A program made the translations under genes and the position numbers. Below, in pieces: positions 29,055-40,122 of a stretch of DNA of 64,000 nt. Position 1 is the first letter of the stretch. The number at the start of each line of letters is the position of its first letter. The stretch lies in the NCBI GenBank assembly GCA_000092065.1, contig CP000584.1; one strand, given 5' to 3'. This DNA comes from Ostreococcus lucimarinus (Eukaryota). Below the pieces are notes generated by a model. That model searched no databases, was not told where the DNA came from, and was given only the letters and a program-made list of their open reading frames with translations.

Positions 29055-32000
29055 ATGAGGGGGAAAACGACGCGCGCGGCGCGCGCGACGCGCGCGGCTC
29101 CGGTGACGCGCGCCGTCGCCACTGGACCGCGAGGACCGCTGAAGAAGAAGGGTGAGAGCGAAGAGGACAAGATCGAGGACATGTCTTCGGGATCTCGTGG
29201 GTTGTTCACGACGGTTGATCCGGAGGTGCGACGCATCGTGCCCGAGGCGAAGGGTCGCGTCGTGGTCAAGGTGACGTACGTCGTTTTGGAGGCGCAGTAC
29301 CAGTCCGCGCTGTCCGCGGCGGTGAAACAGATTAATGAAACCAACGACAAGGTGTGCGTCGAGGTTACCGGCTACTTGCTCGAGGAATTGCGCAACGCCG
29401 ATAACTTGGCGGCGCTCAAGAAGGATGTCGAGTCTTCAAACATCTTCATCGGTTCTCTCATCTTTATCGAAGAGCTCGCCGAGAAGATTGTCGAAATCGT
29501 GACGCCGTGCCGCGAAAACTTGGACGCGTGCTTGATCTTCCCGTCCATGCCGCAAGTCATGCGCTTGAACAAGCTCGGCACGTTCTCCATGGCGCAGCTC
29601 GGTCAGTCCAAGTCCGCCATCGCCTCGTTCATGCGCAAGAAGAAGGAATCCGGCGGCTTTGAGGAGGGCATGTTGAAGCTCGTCCGCACGTTGCCGAAGG
29701 TGTTGAAGTACTTGCCCTCGGACAAGGCTGCGGATGCGCGCAACTTCATGAACTCTTTGCAGTACTGGCTCGGCGGTTCCACGGACAACTTGGAGAACTT
29801 CTTGTTGATGATCTCCAAGGCGTACGTCCCCGAGCTCAAGGGCGTCGAGCTCACGGTGGCTGAGCCGGAAGTGTTCCCGGATGTTGGCATCTGGCACCCG
29901 TCCGCGCCGATGTACTACGAGGACTTGAAGGAGTACCTCAACTGGTACGACACGCGCAAGGACATCAAGTTCAAGGCGGACGCCCCGGTCATCGGTCTCG
30001 TGCTCCAGCGCTCGCACTTGGTCACGGGCGACTCTGGTCACTACGACGGTATGGTCATGGAGCTCGAAGCCAAGGGTGCGAAGGTCGTCCCGATCTTTGC
30101 CGGTGGCCTCGATTTCTCCGGCCCGATCGAGCAGTTCTTCTTTGACCCGATCACCAAGGGTGCGTACGTCGACACCGTCTTGTCGTTGACTGGTTTCGCC
30201 CTCGTCGGCGGCCCGGCGCGTCAAGATCACCCGAAGGCGATTGAATCCTTGAAGAAGCTCAACGTGCCGTACATGGTCACCGTCCCGCTCTCTTTCCAAA
30301 CCACCGAAGAGTGGAAGGATTCCACGCTCGGTTTGCACCCGGTGCAAGTCGCGCTCCAAGTCGCGCTTCCGGAACTCGACGGCGGCCTCGAGCCGATGAT
30401 CTTCTCCGGTCGCGATTCCAAGTCTGGTAAGTCTCACACTCTCGAAGATCGCGCGGCGCAAATCGCGAACCGCGCCATCAAGTGGGCTGGCCTTCGCAAG
30501 AAGACCGCCGCGGCCAAGAAGCTCGCGATCACCGTCTTCTCTTTCCCGCCGGATAAGGGCAACGTCGGTACCGCCGCGTACTTGAACGTCTTCGGTTCCA
30601 TCTACCGCGTGCTTCAAGGCTTGCGCCGCGAGGGCTACAACGTTGGTGTGCTCCCGTCCAGCGAGGAAGAGCTCATCAACTCCGTTCTCAACGACAAGGA
30701 GGCGCAATACGCGTCCCCGGACATGAACGTCGCCTACCGCATGCCGGTTGCCGAGTACCAAAAGCTCTGCCTCTACTCTGAGGACTTGCACGAGAACTGG
30801 GGCCCGCCGCCGGGCAACTTGAACACCGACGGCCAAAACTTGCTCGTGTACGGTAAGCAGTTCGGCAACGTTTTCATCGGTGTCCAGCCGACGTTCGGCT
30901 ACGAAGGTGATCCCATGCGATTGTTGTTCTCCAAGTCTGCGTCGCCGCACCACGGCTTCGCGGCGTACTACACGTTCCTCGAGCACGTGTTCCAAGCCGA
31001 CGCTGTCCTTCACTTCGGTACGCACGGTTCTCTCGAGTTCATGCCGGGTAAGCAAGTCGGTATGGCTGGTGTGTGCTACCCGGATCGCTTGATCGGTAAC
31101 ATTCCGAACATCTACTACTACGCGGCGAACAACCCCTCGGAGGCGACGATTGCCAAGCGTCGCTCTTACGCGAACACCATCTCGTACTTGACCCCGCCGG
31201 CTGAGAACGCTGGCTTGTACAAGGGCTTGAAGGAACTCAAGGAGTTGATCTCTTCTTACCAAACGTTGAAGGATTCCGGCCGTGGTCCGTCCATCGTCAA
31301 CACCATCATCTCCACCGCGATCACGTGCAACTTGGACAAGGATGTCGAGGAAATCCCGACTGATCCGGAGGCTGACGCCGCGAACTTTGATGCCGACACC
31401 CGCGATTTGATCGTCGGTAAGGTGTACCAAAAGCTCATGGAAATCGAGTCTCGTCTTTTGCCGTGCGGTCTCCACGTCGTCGGATGCCCGCCGTCCGCGG
31501 AGGAAGCCGTCGCCACGCTCGTGAACATTGCGTCCATCGACCGTGAAGACGAAAACATCACCGCGCTCCCGGGTCTCCTCGCGATGGCTGTCGGTCGCGA
31601 TATCGAGAGCATCTACAGATCCAACGATGCCGGTAACCTCGAGGACGTTCAGCTCTTGCAAGACATCACCGAGGCGTGCCGCTCGTGCGTCCGCACGTTT
31701 GTCACGGCTGCCGCCGACCCGTCTGGTCGCGTCGCCGCGGGCGCGCTCGCGAGCGTCGGCAAGCTCTTCGGTAGCGCTGCCGTCGCGGTTCCGTGGGGTG
31801 ATGCCTTGAAGGGCACCAAGTTTGAATCTGCTGATGTCGAAAAGATGCGCACTTTGTTCGATTACTTGCGCTTCTGCCTCGAGCAAGTTGTCAAGGACAA
31901 CGAGCTCGGCGCGCTCACCGAAGCCCTCGAAGGTCAATACGTGCTTCCGGGTCCGGGTGGTGACCCGATCCGTAACCCGAAGGTGTTGCCGACCGGTAAG

Positions 32001-33191
32001 AACATTCACGCTCTTGACCCGCAAGCGATCCCGACCGGTGCGGCTGTTGCCTCCGCCAAGGTTGTCGTCGATCGTTTGATTGAACGCGAGCGCGTCGAAA
32101 ACGGTGGCAAGTACCCGGAGTCCATCGCGCTCGTTCTGTGGGGTACGGACAACATTAAGACGTACGGTGAATCTTTGGCGCAAGTCATGTTGATGGTGGG
32201 TGTGCGACCTGCCCCCGATGCGCTCGGTCGGGTGAACAAGCTCGAGCTTATCAGTTTAGAAGAGCTCGGTCGCCCGCGCATCGACGTCGTCGTCAACTGC
32301 TCTGGCGTCTTCCGCGATTTGTTCGTCAACCAGATGAACTTGTTGGACCGCGCCGTCAAGCTCGCCGCTGAGCAAGACGAACCGGAGGACATGAACTTTG
32401 TCCGCAAGCACGCCGCTGAGCAAGCCGAGGAGCTTGGCTTGTCCATTCGCGAGGCGGCGACGCGCATCTTCTCCAACGCGTCTGGTTCCTACTCTTCCAA
32501 CGTCAACCTCGCGGTTGAAAACTCTTCTTGGAACGACGAGAGCCAGCTCCAAGACATGTACCTCAACCGTAAGTCTTTCGCGTTCAACTCTGATGCTCCG
32601 GGTGCTGGCATGGAAACGAGGAAGGAACTCTTCGAGTCTGCCTTGTCCAAGGTCGACGTCACCTTCCAAAACTTGGATTCTTCCGAGATTTCGCTCACCG
32701 ACGTCAGCCACTACTTCGACTCTGATCCGACCAAGCTCGTCGCCGGTGTGCGTAAGGACGGTAAGATGCCGGCTTCTTACATCGCCGATACGACCACGGC
32801 CAACGCTCAAGTGCGCTCTTTGTCCGAGACGATGCGTCTGGACTCCCGCACCAAGCTCTTGAACCCGAAGTGGTACGAAGGCATGATGGCGTCTGGCTAC
32901 GAGGGTACTCGCGAGATCCAAAAGCGTCTCAACAACACTCTCGGCTGGTCCGCCACGTCTGGTGCCGTCGACAACTGGGTGTACGAAGACGCCAACACGA
33001 CCTTCATGGCTGATCCGGAGATGCAAAAGCGCTTGATGGAGTCCAACCCGAACTCGTTCCGCAAGATGGTCGCCAACTTCTTGGAAGCCAACGGCAGAGG
33101 TTACTGGGAGACGTCCGAAGAGAACATCGATCGTTTGCGACAGCTCTATATGGAGGTCGAAGATAAAATCGAGGGCGTCGACAACGCGTGA
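29055..33191 (+). CDS. CHLH: Magnesium-chelatase subunit H (ChlH / GUN5-type, CobN family), plastid precursor
   Basis: The 1378-aa ORF is colinear with plant ChlH from the transit peptide onward. Matching segments include [82 protein letters not shown] and [24 protein letters not shown] lies about 190 nt after the stop. Confidence 0.95.
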   Translation: MRGKTTRAARATRAAPVTRAVATGPRGPLKKKGESEEDKIEDMSSGSRGLFTTVDPEVRRIVPEAKGRVVVKVTYVVLEAQYQSALSAAVKQINETNDKVCVEVTGYLLEELRNADNLAALKKDVESSNIFIGSLIFIEELAEKIVEIVTPCRENLDACLIFPSMPQVMRLNKLGTFSMAQLGQSKSAIASFMRKKKESGGFEEGMLKLVRTLPKVLKYLPSDKAADARNFMNSLQYWLGGSTDNLENFLLMISKAYVPELKGVELTVAEPEVFPDVGIWHPSAPMYYEDLKEYLNWYDTRKDIKFKADAPVIGLVLQRSHLVTGDSGHYDGMVMELEAKGAKVVPIFAGGLDFSGPIEQFFFDPITKGAYVDTVLSLTGFALVGGPARQDHPKAIESLKKLNVPYMVTVPLSFQTTEEWKDSTLGLHPVQVALQVALPELDGGLEPMIFSGRDSKSGKSHTLEDRAAQIANRAIKWAGLRKKTAAAKKLAITVFSFPPDKGNVGTAAYLNVFGSIYRVLQGLRREGYNVGVLPSSEEELINSVLNDKEAQYASPDMNVAYRMPVAEYQKLCLYSEDLHENWGPPPGNLNTDGQNLLVYGKQFGNVFIGVQPTFGYEGDPMRLLFSKSASPHHGFAAYYTFLEHVFQADAVLHFGTHGSLEFMPGKQVGMAGVCYPDRLIGNIPNIYYYAANNPSEATIAKRRSYANTISYLTPPAENAGLYKGLKELKELISSYQTLKDSGRGPSIVNTIISTAITCNLDKDVEEIPTDPEADAANFDADTRDLIVGKVYQKLMEIESRLLPCGLHVVGCPPSAEEAVATLVNIASIDREDENITALPGLLAMAVGRDIESIYRSNDAGNLEDVQLLQDITEACRSCVRTFVTAAADPSGRVAAGALASVGKLFGSAAVAVPWGDALKGTKFESADVEKMRTLFDYLRFCLEQVVKDNELGALTEALEGQYVLPGPGGDPIRNPKVLPTGKNIHALDPQAIPTGAAVASAKVVVDRLIERERVENGGKYPESIALVLWGTDNIKTYGESLAQVMLMVGVRPAPDALGRVNKLELISLEELGRPRIDVVVNCSGVFRDLFVNQMNLLDRAVKLAAEQDEPEDMNFVRKHAAEQAEELGLSIREAATRIFSNASGSYSSNVNLAVENSSWNDESQLQDMYLNRKSFAFNSDAPGAGMETRKELFESALSKVDVTFQNLDSSEISLTDVSHYFDSDPTKLVAGVRKDGKMPASYIADTTTANAQVRSLSETMRLDSRTKLLNPKWYEGMMASGYEGTREIQKRLNNTLGWSATSGAVDNWVYEDANTTFMADPEMQKRLMESNPNSFRKMVANFLEANGRGYWETSEENIDRLRQLYMEVEDKIEGVDNA

Positions 33192-33532
33192 GCGGCCGCC
33201 GGGCGCCCGACGGCCGTCGGCGGCGCGGCCGCCGACAAATTTTATTACACAGACGCTTCGCGTTCCGGAGGGTTGGTTCTGAACTCTCTCGCGGGGTGAG
33301 ATGGGTGGTGGTTACGTCCACTCATGGCAAACGCCGAATTACATTCTTAATTTTACTTGGGATAGAAATCGTACGTTTATGTAACGACGCGCATTACAAA
33401 AATATTACAAACTGCACCTCTAGCCGCTGCCGTTACGAGCCCCACTTCTAGACGGTACGTGCGCTGTCATTTGAGAGTCGTGCCTAGGTAGAGCGCGATG
33501 CGTTGTTTTGGTCCGATTCACATGCCCGGAGG

Positions 33533-34054
33533 TCATAAGCATACGCACGTGCGGTCGATCGCGTACGATTCGCTCGGAGTGAATCGTTCGTAATCTCCAA
33601 CTTTTTCCACCAATACGAACAACGTAGGGGTCGCACCATGACCACCGCGTACTCCGAGACACATTGCCCTACACTGAAGACCCATATCGGAGAGCTTCTT
33701 GTTTTTGTTTTCCTCCAACACTTTGCTGAATTCTTCGACCAATTCGGGCGTGACGAAATCCGGGTTCCAGCAGCCGCCGCAACAGCACGCGCTCGCGGTA
33801 CACTTGAGACGAGGCTCTTCCACCGCGCCTTCCGTTCGCTCCATCGCGCGGTCCAAGAACTCCTCGAGCTCGACGCGCAAGGCGCCACCCCTTTTCCACG
33901 CCTTGTCTTTAAACCTCCACGCGACGTTGCCCAGATCGTCCCAGTGGTAGGTACTCCCACATCCGATCTCTTGGCATCCCACGCGCGGGCCGAACGTGAC
34001 CGCCCCGAGGAGCTCGTCGTGCCAGTATTTAGGCTTGCAGCAGTTCTGGCCCAT
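33533..34054 (-). CDS. Small hypothetical Cys-rich protein with an N-terminal myristoylation/palmitoylation motif (MGQNCC) and a C-terminal CVCL
   Basis: The ATG is confirmed (cat at 34052-34054). The 173-aa ORF has coding-like codon usage. It has Gly2 plus Cys5/Cys6 and multiple Cys clusters (CCCGGC). I recognise no homolog. Confidence 0.45.
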   Translation of the reverse strand: MGQNCCKPKYWHDELLGAVTFGPRVGCQEIGCGSTYHWDDLGNVAWRFKDKAWKRGGALRVELEEFLDRAMERTEGAVEEPRLKCTASACCCGGCWNPDFVTPELVEEFSKVLEENKNKKLSDMGLQCRAMCLGVRGGHGATPTLFVLVEKVGDYERFTPSESYAIDRTCVCL

Positions 34055-34459
34055 GTCACGTCACGCCTTCCGCGCGGTTTCACGTCGACGAGTGGCGCCG
34101 ACGACGAGATCTGCCCGGCGACATCTGCCACGGCGAGGTGCTACCGTGTAAAGATCTTCCTAAAAGATTATCATATCATACATGGGACTTTTATCTTTTA
34201 AAGGCGTACCTACAGCCGATACATTGTTCTATGAAAAAGATGAAAAGACAGACGTCTGCGTCGCTCGACGACGGCGTCGTCGCGCGCCTTTGCGCCAGAC
34301 GCCCGTCCGCGTCGTCGCTCTTCCGCGCGTCGCCTCGTCGTTCAAACCCATCGCGCGCGCGCACCGCGCGCACCGCGACGCCCTCGCGCGTCGTCCTCGC
34401 GCCGCGCGTCGTCCGCGACGTTTCGATTCCCATCGGGGGAACGAATCCGAAACGAACGA

Positions 34460-37156
34460 ATGTCGCGCGCCGTCGCCTCGCCGCTTCGCGACGTCAACGG
34501 CGCCGCCGCGCGTCGACCGGTGCGTCTCAAGCGTCGCGCGCTGTCCGACTCGTCCGACGACGACGCGTCGGACGAGGACGCGCCGGCGCCGGCGACGAAC
34601 GTCGACGCCGTCGCGGCGACGAACGTCGACGCCGTCGCGGCGACGCGCAAGCCCCTGCGATTGAAGGGCAAGGACGGCGGGCCGAAGTTTGAGCTCGACG
34701 CGGCGCTCGCGTCGAGGCTGTACGATCATCAGCGCGACGGCGTGCGTTGGATGTGGGGATTGCACTTGGCCGGGCGAGGCGGGATTCTCGCCGACGACAT
34801 GGGCCTGGGCAAGACGCTTCAGGCGTGCGCGTTCGTCGCCGGTTTGTTGCGCAGCGGCGCGGCGAAGCGCGTGCTCGTGCTCGCGCCGACGACGTTGCTG
34901 CCGCATTGGTTGAAAGAGCTCGAGACGTGCGGGCTGAGGCGAGGGGAGACGGTGTTTAAGTACTACGGCGGCTCGCGAGGGGCGCTCGACAAACAGTTGC
35001 GCGCGTGCGCGACGGGTCGAGGCGCGCTCTTGGCGTCGTACGGGATGGTGACGTCTCGCGCGAGCGAGCTCGGCGCGCCGAGCGACGAGGACGAAGCCGA
35101 GAGAGCGAGCGCGCGCGAGGGGCGCGGCGTCGCGCCGAAAGATTTCGCGGGCGAATTTCGCTGGGATTGGATCGTCATGGACGAAGGACACGCGTTGAAG
35201 AACGCGACGACGCGGCTCGCGCAAAAGGTTCGACAACTGCCCGCCAATCTGCGCATGATTGTCACCGGAACGCCGGTGCAAAACGCGCTCGGCGAACTGT
35301 GGTCGCTGTACGACTTGACGTGTCCGGGGCTTCTCGGCGGCGAAAACGAGTTTCGTCGACGATTCGCCAACAAGATCGCCGCCGGTCAAGCCGCGTCGGC
35401 GACGCAAAAACAACGATCGGAATCGAAAGAGCTCACGGCGACGCTGCGTCAAATGACTCGTCCGTACTTTTTGCGCCGCGACAAGAAGGAGGTCTTACTA
35501 GCCAAAGAGGATGTCGCGCCCGTCGACGACGCGAAGAAACCGAATAGCGCGGCCGCGACGTCGTGGAAGCACGTCAAGAACGCGCCTTCGGCGCTCGGGC
35601 AGAAGAACGATTTCATCGCGTGGATACCGCTTGAGCCGGCGCAATCGGCGCTGTACTCAAAATTCTTAGCCTCGAAACCCGTTCAGGACGCCATCAACAA
35701 AACCGGTTCGGCGATTTCGTGCATGAACGCTCTGAAGAGAATTTGCGATCACCCGACGCTGTGCGTCGCGGCGCGGGACGACGCCGACGTCGACGCGTCG
35801 CCGCCCGCGGAGGAGGAGGAGGAAATCGAAGACGAAGAAGACGCCGAATTGAAGAAGAGCTGCGCGGGCGAAGCCGCCGCGGCGGCAGCGGCGGCCGTTC
35901 GCGAGTGCGATTTCGACGCCGACGCTCTCGCCCGCGGCGCGTCGAGTTTGAGCGCCAAATCTAGATTTCTCATGGCCATGTTGGATCGGTTTCGCGCCGA
36001 AGGACGTCGCACGTTGGTCTTCTCTCAGTCGCAGGCGACACTGAACGTTGTTGAAGCGTGCATTCGCGAAGCGAACATCAAGTTCGTGCGAATCGACGGT
36101 AAAGTAAACGTCGACGAGCGAGATCGTCGCGTGACGCAGTTCCGTTCGAACGCAGACATTCCCGTCATGCTTCTCACCGCTCGCGTCGGCGGTCTCGGTT
36201 TGACGCTGACGGAGGCGACGCGCGTCATCATTTACGATCCGGCGTGGAATCCAACGACGGACAATCAATCCGTCGATCGCGCGTACCGCATTGGGCAAAC
36301 CAAAGACGTCGTGGTGTATCGTCTCGTCACGTGCGGAACGGTGGAGGAAAAGATTTACCGTCGTCAAGTCTTCAAGGGCGGCGTGTCCAAGTCGGCGACG
36401 GACGGCGTGAGCGGGAAGCAATACTTTGGCGCGGACGACGCGACTCAGCTGTTCGAAACGCGCGAAAACGCCATGCGCGCGAGCGATACGATGAAACAAT
36501 TGAACGCGTTGCACGCGGCGGATCGCAAGTGGACGGATGAGCTTCGCGCCGAGTTGCCGTATGTCGAGTCGCTGCCTTTTGTCTGCGGCGTGAGCGATCA
36601 CGATTTGTTGTTCAGCAAAGACGACGAAGCGACGACGAGCGGGTCGAAATCAAGCAGTGCCGCCGCAAAATCAGCGCCCGCGGGGGCGGCGACGACGCCG
36701 AAGGGAAAGGCGCCCGGCGGCGCGGCTTGGAAAAACGTCAACGCCGGGTGGGGAGGCGACGGCGGTTTGCTCGGCGGCGCCTTGCTCGCGGCGCTGACGC
36801 CACCGAAGGAAACGAAAAGCGCGACAAAGATGAAAATCGACGACGACGAGTCGCCCGAGCCCGTCTCCGGGGAGGCGAAGCTTAAAGCAAAAATCAAACA
36901 CATCGAAGACGACTGCGCCAAGTTGGGCGTGATTTTGAGCATGCCCGACGTCGTCGCCAAGATGCCCGACAAAGGCGAGAGCACTCGAAGGGCGATCGAA
37001 AAACAACTCGCCGAAAAATGCGTGCTCGAGGCCGAATACAACGCCAAGTACGCGGTCTCTGAGACGTTCTACACCCCTCAGAGTTCACCCAAAGGTTCGC
37101 CGCCGCCGGAAACCGTCGCCTCGTTGGCGCAATCCATCGATTCTTTCGAAATGTAA
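34460..37156 (+). CDS. SNF2-family DNA-dependent ATPase, ERCC6/Rad26 (CSB)-like
   Basis: Motif I is ILADDMGLGKTLQ and the DEGH box is WIVMDEGHALKN. Helicase-C motifs (LLTARVGGLGLTLTEATRVIIYDPAWNPTTDNQSVDRAYRIGQTKDVVVYRLVTCGTVEEKIYRRQVFK) align closely with CSB. There is an internal 24-bp tandem duplication (ATNVDAVA x2). The stop is inside TGTAA. Confidence 0.85.
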   Translation: MSRAVASPLRDVNGAAARRPVRLKRRALSDSSDDDASDEDAPAPATNVDAVAATNVDAVAATRKPLRLKGKDGGPKFELDAALASRLYDHQRDGVRWMWGLHLAGRGGILADDMGLGKTLQACAFVAGLLRSGAAKRVLVLAPTTLLPHWLKELETCGLRRGETVFKYYGGSRGALDKQLRACATGRGALLASYGMVTSRASELGAPSDEDEAERASAREGRGVAPKDFAGEFRWDWIVMDEGHALKNATTRLAQKVRQLPANLRMIVTGTPVQNALGELWSLYDLTCPGLLGGENEFRRRFANKIAAGQAASATQKQRSESKELTATLRQMTRPYFLRRDKKEVLLAKEDVAPVDDAKKPNSAAATSWKHVKNAPSALGQKNDFIAWIPLEPAQSALYSKFLASKPVQDAINKTGSAISCMNALKRICDHPTLCVAARDDADVDASPPAEEEEEIEDEEDAELKKSCAGEAAAAAAAAVRECDFDADALARGASSLSAKSRFLMAMLDRFRAEGRRTLVFSQSQATLNVVEACIREANIKFVRIDGKVNVDERDRRVTQFRSNADIPVMLLTARVGGLGLTLTEATRVIIYDPAWNPTTDNQSVDRAYRIGQTKDVVVYRLVTCGTVEEKIYRRQVFKGGVSKSATDGVSGKQYFGADDATQLFETRENAMRASDTMKQLNALHAADRKWTDELRAELPYVESLPFVCGVSDHDLLFSKDDEATTSGSKSSSAAAKSAPAGAATTPKGKAPGGAAWKNVNAGWGGDGGLLGGALLAALTPPKETKSATKMKIDDDESPEPVSGEAKLKAKIKHIEDDCAKLGVILSMPDVVAKMPDKGESTRRAIEKQLAEKCVLEAEYNAKYAVSETFYTPQSSPKGSPPPETVASLAQSIDSFEM

Positions 37157-37245
37157 ATCACACGCACCATTCATTCGCGCGCGCATCGTTGACATTCTAC
37201 GCATACGAAATGTAACATCACAACAAAATATTGGCGACGCGGGCA

Positions 37246-37968
37246 TCAATCCCTCGGGTTCGCCCGCAACGCCTCCCGCAAGACGGCGTCGAATCGATTA
37301 CACCCCGCCGCGCACGCGTCCAACGCGCGCTCCGTCTCGTCCGCGTTCCACCGCCCGAACGTCTCCGTCTTCGCGTACGCCTCCATCGACGACATCTGCG
37401 CTAAAAACACCATCCCATCGCTCGTCTCGATCTCCTCGCGCGTCGGATCGAGCATCATCCTCTCCCCCGCCCGCGCGCACTCGCACGCGCTCACCAAGTC
37501 TCGGCACGCCACCCCCGCGCGCGCCAACGCCGCGGACGCCGCCAGCACGCACGCCACCGCCTCGCCCCCCCGCGCGTCCAGCACCGTCACGCACGCGTCC
37601 ACCTGCGTCTTCGGGAAGCTTTCCGTCAGCACGCTCGCGCTGAGCGCCTCCTTCACCGTCCGCGCCAAGCCGTCGTCCGCCGTCCTCGCGCCGCGTCCTC
37701 GCGCGCGCGCTCGGTTCGCCCCATCCAGCGCCCGCGCGCCCGTCGCGAACGGCGCGCGGTACGCGTCGACGTCCAGCGTCCCTCGATCGACGCCCGCGAG
37801 CTCGGCGCGGCCGCGGCGCGGGCCGTAGACGGCGCACGACGCCTTGGTGTCGCCGAGCTCGACGTACGCGGAACCGGCGGCGGCGGGGACGACGTCGAGG
37901 GCGACGACGAGGGCGCGGCAGTGCGCGTCGGCGCGCGCGTCTTCGCGAGGCGCGAGCGACGAGGGCAT
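37246..37968 (-). CDS. Exosome complex RNase PH-like subunit (Rrp46/Mtr3/Rrp41 class)
   Basis: The ATG is confirmed. The RNase PH fold signature AGSAYVELGDTKASCAVYGPRRG and the length of about 240 aa fit non-catalytic exosome ring subunits. Confidence 0.7.
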   Translation of the reverse strand: MPSSLAPREDARADAHCRALVVALDVVPAAAGSAYVELGDTKASCAVYGPRRGRAELAGVDRGTLDVDAYRAPFATGARALDGANRARARGRGARTADDGLARTVKEALSASVLTESFPKTQVDACVTVLDARGGEAVACVLAASAALARAGVACRDLVSACECARAGERMMLDPTREEIETSDGMVFLAQMSSMEAYAKTETFGRWNADETERALDACAAGCNRFDAVLREALRANPRD

Positions 37969-38194
37969 CCGCGCGGTGGGGAGTGCGGACGACGACGGCG
38001 GCGAGCGGGACGCGGCGAACGGGCGAACGCCGCGGCGATCGGGCGCGACGCGGCGAGCGCGCGCGGGACAAAAAAGAGGGTGATTTCGATAAAAAAGCTA
38101 CGTCTTGATGGTACACGCGACCGGGCGTCGGGAGGTGGGGAATGCGTGGAAGGAGGCCACGCGCGGGGGCTCGGTTTGACGAAAATCCAAATCC

Positions 38195-38230
38195 TCAGCG
38201 CGCGCGGCGGAGACCGCGCGCGGATGCATC

Positions 38231-38265
<35 letters not shown>

Positions 38266-38725
38266 AAGATGCGATCATTTCGTTGAAGAAGGCGGATTCG
38301 TACGACGAGCTCGTCGATGGCTCGTGATCGAACGACGACGAGAGATTGCGCTGGAATCGTTCCCTGGCGCGACGCGCGGCGTCCGACGGCGTCGAGCGCT
38401 CGCGCGGCGGCGGCGGCGGCGGCGGTTCGTCGCGAGAGGACGGCGACGCGTCGACGTCTTTGCTTCCGAATCCAAACAAGTTGACCGTTTGCATGCTTCC
38501 GCGCGGGGCGGTGCCGGACAGCGTCTTGCTCGAGCGGTTGGCTCGCGACGCCTTTAAAATATCTCGCGCGTTGTTTCCGATGTGCGTCTCCAACGACGCG
38601 CCGCCCATGGCGATCAAGACTTCGGTGGAGATGTGTTGATGCTTCGGTTTCGGCGGCGTTCGCGGTAACAGACGCTCTTTGGGCTCGAACTTTCGCAAAA
38701 TCTCCTCGCGCGGATCTCGCGTCGC

Positions 38726-38757
<32 letters not shown>

Positions 38758-39925
38758 CGCTCGCCGCGACGCCGTTGAGCGCGGGATCGTCGAATCCCTC
38801 GGCGTGCTGTCTGTACGCCGCGCGAGACTTCCACTGACTCGGTCCCGTGGACGGTGGTCGACGCCCATCGCGCGCGTCGAAGCTCGAATCGTCCATCGAG
38901 GACATCTCTCGCCGGAAATCCGCCGGAGTCTTGTGCGTCCCCCACTCGTCGCTCGACGCCGCGGCGCCGTCTCTTCCGCCCCACCTACCCGGCGCCCGCG
39001 GATCCACCACCGGCACTTCGGGTCGCCACTCGCCAAAGCTGAAACTCTTGCCCTCGTCCAACCGCGCGCGTTCGCCTCGATCGTCTTCGCGCGCCGCCGC
39101 GCCTCGACGAGGGGAACGAAGCGTCGCCGTCTCGCGCGTCGCCGTCGACCTCGCGCGTCGCCGCGGCCGACCCGCGTCCCGCGCGCGTCGCCCGACGACG
39201 GCGTTCACCATCGTTCGCTTCGCGTACATCCACATCAGCGTCACCCCGCTGACGCACGCGCTCGCCGCGGCGAAAATCAACGCGCACACCCCGAGCGTCG
39301 TGCCGACCAAGAGCGACCCGCTCAGCGCGCTCAACAATCCCTCCGTCCCCGCGTTCGCCGCCGCCGCGGCCCAGCACGCGAGTCCACCGGTCGTGGGAAG
39401 TCCCCATCGCACGAACCCGCACGCCTGCGCGAACACCCCTCGCAGCGCCGTCGTCACCGCGTCTTCGCCCTCGCGCGCGTCTTCCCGTCTCGCGTCGTCG
39501 TCGTCGTCGTCCCGCGTCTCGCGTCTCGCGTCTCGCCGCACCGCCCGACGCGCGCGCTCGTCGTCGCGCGCGCTTCGAAACGCGCTCTTTCGCGTCGCGC
39601 GCGCCGTCGGCATCGCGCGTCGTCGTCCCGCGCCGCGTCCCGGCGCCGCGCGAACCGTCGTCGGTCGTCGAATCGTCGCGCGAATCGTCGCGCGAATCGT
39701 CGCGCGGTCGCGCGTTCGATGCATCGTCGTCGTTCGCGTCGTCGCCGTCGGCGTCCGCGTCGGCATCGCGAGCATCGTCGTCGTCGTCGTCGTCGCGAAT
39801 TCGCGTCGCGCGCCGCGTCGACGACTGACCGCGTCGAATCGTTTCGACGCCAGCGAATCGATTAAAGTTTCGACGCTTCGTCCCCCTGGCGACGAAAACC
39901 GGACGACCACCGAGGGCGGACCCAA
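38195..39925 (-). CDS. Hypothetical low-complexity protein with one TM segment and a poly-Asp C-terminus, weakly supported
   Basis: The reading frame contains non-Arg-run sequence (SMQTVNLFGFGSKDVDASPSS..., EILRKFEPKERLLPRTPPKPK) and a TM helix (LLVGTTLGVCALIFAAASACVSGVTLMWMY). The C-terminal (GAC)n gives D12. The start is unclear, and the overlapping + strand ORFs are Arg-runs. Confidence 0.3.
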
Positions 39926-39994
39926 GATAGCACTATAACGGATCCAAATACCACTAAAGCGGACCCAAACTACTTAAAGCGGACCCAAACGAAC

Positions 39995-40011
39995 TAGGGT
40001 TTAGGGTTTAG
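39995..40011. repeat. Interstitial plant-type telomere-like repeat (TTTAGGG, about 2.4 copies; a telo-box on the opposite strand), preceded by three 'cggacccaaa' direct repeats at 39940-39990
   Basis: The sequence tagggtttagggtttag occurs in an intergenic region between two minus-strand genes. Confidence 0.7.
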
Positions 40012-40098
40012 AAGCGCGGCGTCGATCGGCGTCTCCTCTCGATCGATCGCTCGACCGCGCGCGCGCTCGACCGCGCGCGCGTCGATCGACGCGTCCGC

Positions 40099-40122
40099 GT
40101 CGACCCTCGATCGAGGGTCGAC
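40099..40122. repeat. Perfect 24-bp palindrome GTCGACCCTCGATCGAGGGTCGAC inside a larger GC-rich dyad-symmetric region (40020-40160)
   Basis: Confirmed by direct reverse-complement. It lies downstream of the CSC1-like gene's 3' region and could form a stable hairpin. Confidence 0.8.

Noticed and set aside
28090-29055. Several 150-190-aa Arg-rich ORFs in the SQS/ChlH divergent region
   Set aside because: Poly-Arg/Ala/Asp translations of a GC-rich bidirectional promoter region. There is no coding periodicity distinct from background.
29436-32183. 915-aa ORF on the minus strand inside ChlH
   Set aside because: It is antisense to a strongly conserved gene and has an Arg/Val/Gly/Asp-rich, low-complexity translation. 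This is explained by GC3-driven stop-codon depletion.
37298-38984. Overlapping minus-strand ORFs of 272 and 443 aa
   Set aside because: They are shifted frames of the exosome-subunit gene and of the gene upstream of it. They are Arg/Gly-rich with no domains.
38804-39938. Two + strand ORFs of about 350-360 aa
   Set aside because: Their Arg/Ser/Ala-run composition marks them as spurious. They are antisense to the somewhat more protein-like minus-strand ORF 38195-39925, which is itself kept only at low confidence.
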